Source: an uncultured delta proteobacterium (GTDB lineage Bacteria > Desulfobacterota > Binatia > Binatales > Binataceae). From it: 64,000 bases of DNA. The notes beneath the pieces were generated by a model. It saw nothing but the letters and a program-made list of their open reading frames with translations, did no database searches and was not told the origin of the DNA. The translations under genes and the position numbers were made by a program. This document shows positions 58,177 through 64,000 of this stretch, piece after piece (the stretch's first letter is position 1; the number at the start of each line of letters is the position of its first letter). The stretch spans positions 8,710 through 72,709 of the forward strand of contig CAWENP010000019.1 of the NCBI GenBank assembly GCA_963810495.1, in the 5' to 3' direction.

Positions 58177-60552
58177 TTGGTGGATTTTCGCACGCGGTGC
58201 CGCCCAGGGGAGCGCCTGGTCCATGCGGTTTTTTTATTGGTGGCGCTGATGCTTGCGGCGCAGCGTATCGGTGCGCAACCGCCTCCGATAATCTCCCGCA
58301 TCCGCATCGTCGGTAACCAGCGCGTCGAAGAAGACGCGATCCGCATCCACATCAGCGCGCAGCCCGGCCAGCCGCTCAACGAAACGATCGTCGACCAGGA
58401 CGTCAAGTCGATCGCCCGGATGGGCTTTTTCACCGACGTCCACGCCACTCTCGACCAGCAGGGCGGCCAGGCAATCCTCACCTACCATGTCAAGGAGCGG
58501 CCGCTGATAACCGACGTCCGCACGGAGGGGATGAAAGAGATCAAACCTACCGCCGACGAGATGGTGGGCGCAATCAAGCTCCATTCGGGCGTGATCGAGG
58601 ATCCGCAACTCGTGCAAGCAACTATCCAGGCCATGCGGCAGGTCTACCAGGGCAAGGGCTACCTCGACGCCGACATCACGTTTCGCACGACGCCCGGGCC
58701 CAACAACACCGCGATCGGCGTGTTCCATGTCAACGAGGGACCGCTGGTCGAGGTGAGCGGCATCAAGTTCGTCGGCAACAAGGCGTTCTCGGCGCGCCGG
58801 CTGAGCGCGCTGATGGAGACGCGTAAACACAATATGCTGAGCCGCTTCTTCAACACCGGCACGCTCGATCGGACCAAGCTGCAGGAGGACGTCGACCGCC
58901 TGACCGCGTTTTACTACAACCACGGCTACCTGCAGGTGCATATCGGCGATCCCACTACCACCCGACACGGCAACTCGATCATCGTCACGGTAACCATCGA
59001 CGAAGGCCCGGTCTTCACGGTGGGCAAGATCGGCGTGGCCGGCGACCTTAAGTTTCCCAAGGACGAGCTGACCTCCAAGCTCACGCTCAAGCCCAAAAAG
59101 GTCTTCAGCGGCGCCGACATGGAGCACGACGTGCTGACGCTGTCGGACTTCTACTCGGATCGCGGCTATGCCTTCGTCAACGTCGACCCGCACACCCAGG
59201 TTGACCCGGCGGCGCATCGGGTCGACATCACCTATGCGGTCACTCCGGGCAACGAGGTCCTGATCGACCGGATCAAGATTTCCGGCAACACCAAAACCTC
59301 GGACAAGGTGATCCGGCGCGAGATCAAGGTGCAGGAGCAGGAGCCTTACTCGGCCTCGAAAATCCAGGCCTCAAAGCAGCGGCTCGATTCGCTCGGCTAT
59401 TTCCAGAGTGTGCGGTTGTCGACCGAGCCCGCGCGCCAGCCCGACAAGATCAACCTCGACGTCAACGTCCAGGAGGGCAATACCGCGTCCTTCCAGGTCG
59501 GCGGCGGCTACGACAGCGCCTCCTCGCTGTTCGGCACCTTCCTGCTGCAAAACACCAACCTCTTCGGCGGCGGCGAATCGGCCGCGTTCAGCGCCGAGAT
59601 CGGCTTCCTGTTCGAGAACCTGAGCGTCAGCTACACCGAGCCATGGTTCCTCGACATGCCGCTCGCGGTAAGTATCCAGGGCTTCGACAACAAGCTCTAC
59701 CTGTTCAGCTTCGACCAGAGCGAGATCGGTTTCCTGATCAACAGCGGTTATCCGCTGGCCGACCTGGGACTGCGCAAGCTTGGCCCGTTCTCGCTCGAGC
59801 ACATCACGGCCGGGCTGGGCTACGAGTTCGAAAGCGTCGGCATCAGCAACCTCTCGCCGTTCACCACCTTCGACATCCAAAGCCAAAAGGGCTACAGCCG
59901 GGTCTCGGAAATTCTGCCCTCGATCCGCCGCTTCACCGTCGACGACCCCAGGGACCCGCGCAGCGGTTCCGTCGAGAGCCTCGACATGGAAGTCGCGGGC
60001 CTGGGCGGCACCCCGTTCATCAAGGGCATCGCGCACGGGCACTGGTTCTTCCCGTTCATCAAGAATCCGACACTGGGCGAATGGGTTTACTCGCCCTCTG
60101 TCACCTTCGGCATCGGCACCGAGCTGCAGACCGGCACCGGCGGCAACCTGCCGCTGTACGAACGCTTTTTCCCCGGCGGCCTCAATGGCCAGGGCCAGGT
60201 GCGCGGCTACGAGATCTATTCGCTGGGTCCGCAGGAAACACTGTTCAACCAGTTCGGGCAGCCCTTCGGGGTCGAGCAGGTGGGTGGCAGCAAGGAGCTG
60301 CTGTTCAGCCAACAGATCGGGTTCCCGATTCTCGAGTCGCTGGGCTTGCGCGGCAACGTGTTCCTCGATGCTGGTAATTCGTTCAGGATGCAGGATTCGC
60401 TCACGTTCAACGGCTTGCAGTATGCCTGGGGCATAGGGGCGTTCTGGAAGTCGCCCTTTGGTCCGATCAATGTCGACATCGCCAAACCGCTCAACCCGCG
60501 CCCCAACGATCAGCGCACGGTCTTCGATTTCGGCGCGGGAGCCCCGCTCTAG
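58177..60552 (+). CDS. bamA: outer membrane protein assembly factor BamA
   Basis: Five POTRA-like repeats (I..I.I.GN..), Omp85 barrel, ending VFDFGAGAPL. Followed by skp. Confidence 0.9.
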   Translation: MVDFRTRCRPGERLVHAVFLLVALMLAAQRIGAQPPPIISRIRIVGNQRVEEDAIRIHISAQPGQPLNETIVDQDVKSIARMGFFTDVHATLDQQGGQAILTYHVKERPLITDVRTEGMKEIKPTADEMVGAIKLHSGVIEDPQLVQATIQAMRQVYQGKGYLDADITFRTTPGPNNTAIGVFHVNEGPLVEVSGIKFVGNKAFSARRLSALMETRKHNMLSRFFNTGTLDRTKLQEDVDRLTAFYYNHGYLQVHIGDPTTTRHGNSIIVTVTIDEGPVFTVGKIGVAGDLKFPKDELTSKLTLKPKKVFSGADMEHDVLTLSDFYSDRGYAFVNVDPHTQVDPAAHRVDITYAVTPGNEVLIDRIKISGNTKTSDKVIRREIKVQEQEPYSASKIQASKQRLDSLGYFQSVRLSTEPARQPDKINLDVNVQEGNTASFQVGGGYDSASSLFGTFLLQNTNLFGGGESAAFSAEIGFLFENLSVSYTEPWFLDMPLAVSIQGFDNKLYLFSFDQSEIGFLINSGYPLADLGLRKLGPFSLEHITAGLGYEFESVGISNLSPFTTFDIQSQKGYSRVSEILPSIRRFTVDDPRDPRSGSVESLDMEVAGLGGTPFIKGIAHGHWFFPFIKNPTLGEWVYSPSVTFGIGTELQTGTGGNLPLYERFFPGGLNGQGQVRGYEIYSLGPQETLFNQFGQPFGVEQVGGSKELLFSQQIGFPILESLGLRGNVFLDAGNSFRMQDSLTFNGLQYAWGIGAFWKSPFGPINVDIAKPLNPRPNDQRTVFDFGAGAPL

Positions 60553-60685
60553 CGTAGGACGCGCCAAATCAGCTTATAATGTCGTCAGAAGTTTTACGCG
60601 CCATTCCGATGCCACCTGACGCGGCGCCGGTGCGTCAGCTAGTTACTCATGGCCAGTTAGTTCTCATGGGAGGATCGTTATTTCG

Positions 60686-61336
60686 ATGAGGCAAGGTCTG
60701 ATTTGTGGGGCGGTGCTCCTGCTGATGGCTGCCGCGATTCCCGCGCGCGCTGACGTCAAAATCGCTTACGTCGACATCCAGCGCGCGCTCAACGAATGCA
60801 ACAACGGCAAGCGCGCGCGATCCATTATCCGCGTCGAGGCCGAACGCGCGCAAGTCAGGCTCCAGCGCGAGCAGTCCGAGGCCCAGGGGCTCAAGGACGA
60901 ACTCGAAAAGAAGGGCATGCTGATGCCGCCCGATCAGCGCCAGAACCTTGAGGACGAGCTCGCCAAGAGGATGCGCACGTTCCAGGATGACGTGAAGAAC
61001 GAGCGCGACGAACTGCACCAGAAGGATAACGAGGCCACCGCCGCGATCGTGCGCGACCTCGCCACCGTGGTCCACCAGATTGGCGAAAGAAGCGGCTACA
61101 CCCTGGTGATGGAAAAGGGCGGATTGCTGTGGGGCGTCCCCTCGGCCGACATCACCGACCAGGTCATCCGTTCCTACGACTCGATGAACGTCAAGGCCGG
61201 CACGCTTGCGCCTGATCCGCGATGGGCCGGCGCGGGTCCGCAGGGAGCGTCGGCTGGCGCGCCGGAGCCAGCGGGCGGTGATGAGTCGAGCAGCGGCGGC
61301 AGCTCCATCCGCAAGCACTCGAGCATCTCGAGGTAA
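60686..61336 (+). CDS. skp: OmpH/Skp periplasmic chaperone
   Basis: Signal peptide, KIAYVDIQRAL, long coiled-coil Glu/Arg/Gln-rich arm, position after bamA. Confidence 0.8.
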   Translation: MRQGLICGAVLLLMAAAIPARADVKIAYVDIQRALNECNNGKRARSIIRVEAERAQVRLQREQSEAQGLKDELEKKGMLMPPDQRQNLEDELAKRMRTFQDDVKNERDELHQKDNEATAAIVRDLATVVHQIGERSGYTLVMEKGGLLWGVPSADITDQVIRSYDSMNVKAGTLAPDPRWAGAGPQGASAGAPEPAGGDESSSGGSSIRKHSSISR

Positions 61337-61346
61337 CAGCCGCGCC

Positions 61347-61835
61347 GTGAACGGCGATTCTTCCTCGCCCGACCTCGCCGCCCTGTTGCGGCGGCTGCCC
61401 CATCGTTACCCGTTCCTGATGGTCGACCGGGTGCTGGAGCTGGGCAACAACCGGGTGCTCACGCTCAAGAACGTGAGCATCGACGAGCCCTTCTTCAACG
61501 GTCACTTTCCCGGCCGCCCGGTGATGCCGGGAGTGCTGGTGGTCGAGGCGATGGCGCAATCGGGCGCGCTGCTCGCGCTCGGCATGATGAAGACCGACAT
61601 GATGAATACCAAGACGACGGACGCCGAACGCCCGGCCGCGCTCTTTATGCTCACCGGCATCGACCGGCTGCGCCTCCGCCGCCCGGTGGTGCCCGGCGAT
61701 CAGTTGCGGATGGAAGTGCGGCTGCTCAAGCATCATCGCCCGCTGTGGAAGATGCATGCCGAGGCGCGGGTGGACGGCGAGTTAGTGGCCGAGGCCGAGT
61801 TGTCAGCGATGGAAGTCGAGGAGTCAACGCCATAG
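61347..61835 (+). CDS. fabZ: 3-hydroxyacyl-ACP dehydratase FabZ
   Basis: GTG 61347. LPHRYPFLMVDRV, FFNGHFPGRPVMPGVLVVEAMAQ. Confidence 0.9.
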   Translation: MNGDSSSPDLAALLRRLPHRYPFLMVDRVLELGNNRVLTLKNVSIDEPFFNGHFPGRPVMPGVLVVEAMAQSGALLALGMMKTDMMNTKTTDAERPAALFMLTGIDRLRLRRPVVPGDQLRMEVRLLKHHRPLWKMHAEARVDGELVAEAELSAMEVEESTP

Positions 61836-62623
61836 CCGGGCGCCTCCATCCAGCCGCCGTCATCGACCGGCGCGCCGAACTCGATTCCAGCGTCGAAGTC
61901 GGACCGGGAACGGTCATCGGCCCCGAAGTGCGTATCGGCGCCGCCACCAAGATTGGCCCCTACGCGGTCATTGAGGGCCACACCACAATCGGCGCGCGCA
62001 ACCGGATTTTCCAGTTCGCCTCGATCGGCGCCGCGCCGCAGGATCTCAAGTATCACGACGAGCCTTCGCGGCTGGAAATCGGCGACGACAACCGCATCCG
62101 CGAGTTCACTACCATCCACCGCGGCACCGAGGGCGGCGGGATGCTCACGCGCATCGGCAGCCACGTGCTGGTGATGAACTACGTGCACATCGCGCACGAC
62201 TGCCTCATCGGCGACCATTCCATCCTCGCCAACTCCACCGAGATCGCCGGCCACTGCGTGCTCGACGAATGGGTCGTCACGGCCGGGATGTGCGGCATTC
62301 ATCAGTTCAGCCGAATCGGCGCGCACGCGATGCTCGCGGCCGGCTCCAAAGTCGCGCAGGACGTGCCGCCCTATGCGATGGTGGCGGGAGACCGCGCCCG
62401 CATGGTCGGGATCAACGCCGTCGGCTTGGAGCGGCGCGGCTTTAGACCCGAGGTCGTCGCCGCCTTGCGCGCGGCCTTCCGCACTCTCTTTTACTCCAAG
62501 CTGCTGCGCGATGACGCGCTCACGCAGGTGCTCGACGAGCACGGCGCGCTGCCCGAGGTCCGAAGGTTAGTTGATTTCATCCGCGCCTCCGAGCGCGGAG
62601 TGGTGAGCCGCGACCGTGAATAA
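61745..62623 (+). CDS. lpxA: acyl-ACP--UDP-N-acetylglucosamine O-acyltransferase
   Basis: Left-handed beta-helix hexapeptide repeats starting LHPAAVIDRRAELDSSVEVGPGTVIG, HIAHDC, GINAVGLERRGF. The start is ambiguous: GTG 61745 is the only canonical start and it overlaps fabZ by 91 nt. Confidence 0.85.
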   Translation: MEDACRGAGGRRVSGRGRVVSDGSRGVNAIAGRLHPAAVIDRRAELDSSVEVGPGTVIGPEVRIGAATKIGPYAVIEGHTTIGARNRIFQFASIGAAPQDLKYHDEPSRLEIGDDNRIREFTTIHRGTEGGGMLTRIGSHVLVMNYVHIAHDCLIGDHSILANSTEIAGHCVLDEWVVTAGMCGIHQFSRIGAHAMLAAGSKVAQDVPPYAMVAGDRARMVGINAVGLERRGFRPEVVAALRAAFRTLFYSKLLRDDALTQVLDEHGALPEVRRLVDFIRASERGVVSRDRE

Positions 62624-63473
62624 GCTCGGGATCATCGCCGGCAACGGCGTCTTTCCGCTCGAGGTCGCGGCGGCGGCGCGCCGGCGCGGCTACGCGGTGG
62701 TCGCGGTCGCGCATCGCGGCGAGACCGACGAGCGGCTGGCCGAGCTGTGCGAGGAGATAACCTGGATCCGCGTGGGCGAGCTGCAAACCATGATCGACGC
62801 GTTCAAGCGCGCCGGCGTCACCGAGGCCGCGATGGCGGGCGGGATTGCGCGCGCGCGCCTGGGCGAATCGTTCGCGCCCGACGCGCGGGCGATCGCGATG
62901 CTCGCGCGCGTGGGCCGTTTCAGCGACGACGCGCTGCTGCGCGCCGTCGCGGCCGAGGTGGAGGTGGACGGGATCACGATGATCGACCCGGTGCCGATGC
63001 TCGACGACGCGCTCGCGGGACGCGGCCGGATGGCCGGGCCCGAGCCCAGCGCGGCGCAGCTCAAGGACTTGCGCTTGGCTTTCGGCGTGATGCGCGCGCT
63101 CGGCAGCTTCGATGTTGGCCAGGCCGCCGCGGTGCGCGACGGCGTGGTCGGCGCGATCGAGGCGGTCGAAGGGACCGACGCGGCGCTGCGCCGCGCCGCG
63201 GCGCTATGCGGCCGCGGCCTGGTCGTCGCCAAGGCGGCCAAGCCGGGCCAGGACCTGCGCTTCGACCGCCCCGCGATCGGCCCGGCGACGATCGAACTCC
63301 TGAGCGAGATTGGCGCCGCGATGATCGGCGTCGAGGCCGGGCAGGCGCTGATTCTCGAACGCGCGCGCACGCTGGCCGCCGCCGCGAGCGCCGGAATCAC
63401 GGTATGGGGCGATGGCGCGGACCGCGGCGGAGAACGGAGCGCGGAACCTGGCGCAGAATCTGACGATGGATGA
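62616..63473 (+). CDS. lpxI: UDP-2,3-diacylglucosamine diphosphatase LpxI (DUF1009)
   Basis: LGIIAGNGVFPLEVA, FDVGQAAAVRDGVVGAIEAVEGTDAALRRA, AKPGQDLRFDRPAIG. Positioned after lpxA. Confidence 0.75.
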   Translation: MNKLGIIAGNGVFPLEVAAAARRRGYAVVAVAHRGETDERLAELCEEITWIRVGELQTMIDAFKRAGVTEAAMAGGIARARLGESFAPDARAIAMLARVGRFSDDALLRAVAAEVEVDGITMIDPVPMLDDALAGRGRMAGPEPSAAQLKDLRLAFGVMRALGSFDVGQAAAVRDGVVGAIEAVEGTDAALRRAAALCGRGLVVAKAAKPGQDLRFDRPAIGPATIELLSEIGAAMIGVEAGQALILERARTLAAAASAGITVWGDGADRGGERSAEPGAESDDG

Positions 63474-64000
63474 GATTCGCGTGGCCGTGATCGGTGCCGG
63501 ACGGCTGGGCGCGCTGCACGCGCTCAAGTACACGGCGCTCGCCAGCGTCCGGCTGACCCACGTTGTCGACGTCGACCCCGTGCGCGCTCGCGAAACCGGC
63601 GAGCGCTACGGCGCCGCGGCGCTCGCCGACTATCACGAGCTCAAGGGAAAGGTCACGGCCGCCAGCGTCGCCACGCCCGGCAGCCTCCATCACGAGATCG
63701 CATCCTACCTGCTCGCCCACGGAATCGACGTGCTGCTCGAAAAGCCGATGGCGGCGAGCGTGCACGAGGCGCGCGAGCTGGCCGCGCTGGCGAAACGTAG
63801 CGGGCGCGTGCTCCAGATCGGCCATCTCGAGCGCTTCAATCCCGCGATCGTCGAGCTCCGCCCGATGGTTCGTGGGCCGCGCTTCATCGAATGTCTGCGC
63901 GTCGCGCCCTTCACCGAGCGCGGCACCGACGTCGACGTGATCCTCGACCTGATGGTGCACGACCTCGACGTCATCCTGACCCTGACCGCAGCCCAGGTGG
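63466..64000 (+). CDS. Gfo/Idh/MocA-family oxidoreductase, 3' end cut by window edge
   Basis: ATG 63466 (8-nt overlap with lpxI). IRVAVIGAGRLG Rossmann fold, EKPMA motif. The frame is open to the window end, which is why it is absent from the ORF track. Confidence 0.75.
   Translation, partial: MDEIRVAVIGAGRLGALHALKYTALASVRLTHVVDVDPVRARETGERYGAAALADYHELKGKVTAASVATPGSLHHEIASYLLAHGIDVLLEKPMAASVHEARELAALAKRSGRVLQIGHLERFNPAIVELRPMVRGPRFIECLRVAPFTERGTDVDVILDLMVHDLDVILTLTAAQV

Overview
This is a visibly GC-rich chromosomal segment from a diderm bacterium, shown by the Mla, Lol, BamA/Skp and lipid A genes and a secretin. I cannot assign a taxon. cofC (F420), an LpxI-type lipid A pathway, an HpnN-like MMPL exporter and a probable selenoprotein fit an uncultured soil or sediment lineage, but that is only an inference.

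The window is almost entirely core housekeeping, with about 62 supportable protein genes:
- lpdA(partial)-lipB-lipA
- an mlaEFDC-mlaA operon, followed by cofC
- a P450 / dienelactone hydrolase pair
- a periplasmic haem/metallophosphoesterase operon
- a ChlI-like AAA+ / VWA pair
- the conserved block pheA-hisC-tyrA-cmk-rpsA-ihfB
- accA, miaA, mutL, rpmB, moaA
- a secreted serpin
- an outer-membrane biogenesis supercluster: lpxL-like, secretin, lolCE, lolD, bamA, skp, fabZ, lpxA, lpxI, and a Gfo/Idh/MocA gene (partial)

I recognised no rRNA, tRNA, CRISPR array, transposase, integrase or phage genes. Many long ORFs in the track are antisense shadows of real genes, as expected for high-GC DNA.

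Observations most worth a second look:
1. An ArsC-family gene (35352..35714, minus strand) has an in-frame TGA exactly at the catalytic-Cys column, followed by a GC hairpin. It is a candidate selenocysteine ArsC with a SECIS element.
2. A sigma54 activator with no sensor domain is co-transcribed with a TadE/G-like protein. It sits divergent from a near-consensus -24/-12 promoter that drives an 86-aa CxxC...CxxC protein.
3. An orphan secretin carries a roughly 105-aa Gly/Ser/Phe low-complexity insertion, including GGFGSS x3.
4. miaA has its Walker A motif encoded out of frame and runs 194 nt into accA.
5. A four-gene periplasmic operon combines a di-haem peroxidase/MauG-like protein, a TAT-exported metallophosphoesterase, a SoxA/TsdA-like cytochrome c and a DUF2141 protein.

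All family assignments come from reading motifs by eye. No database search was run.
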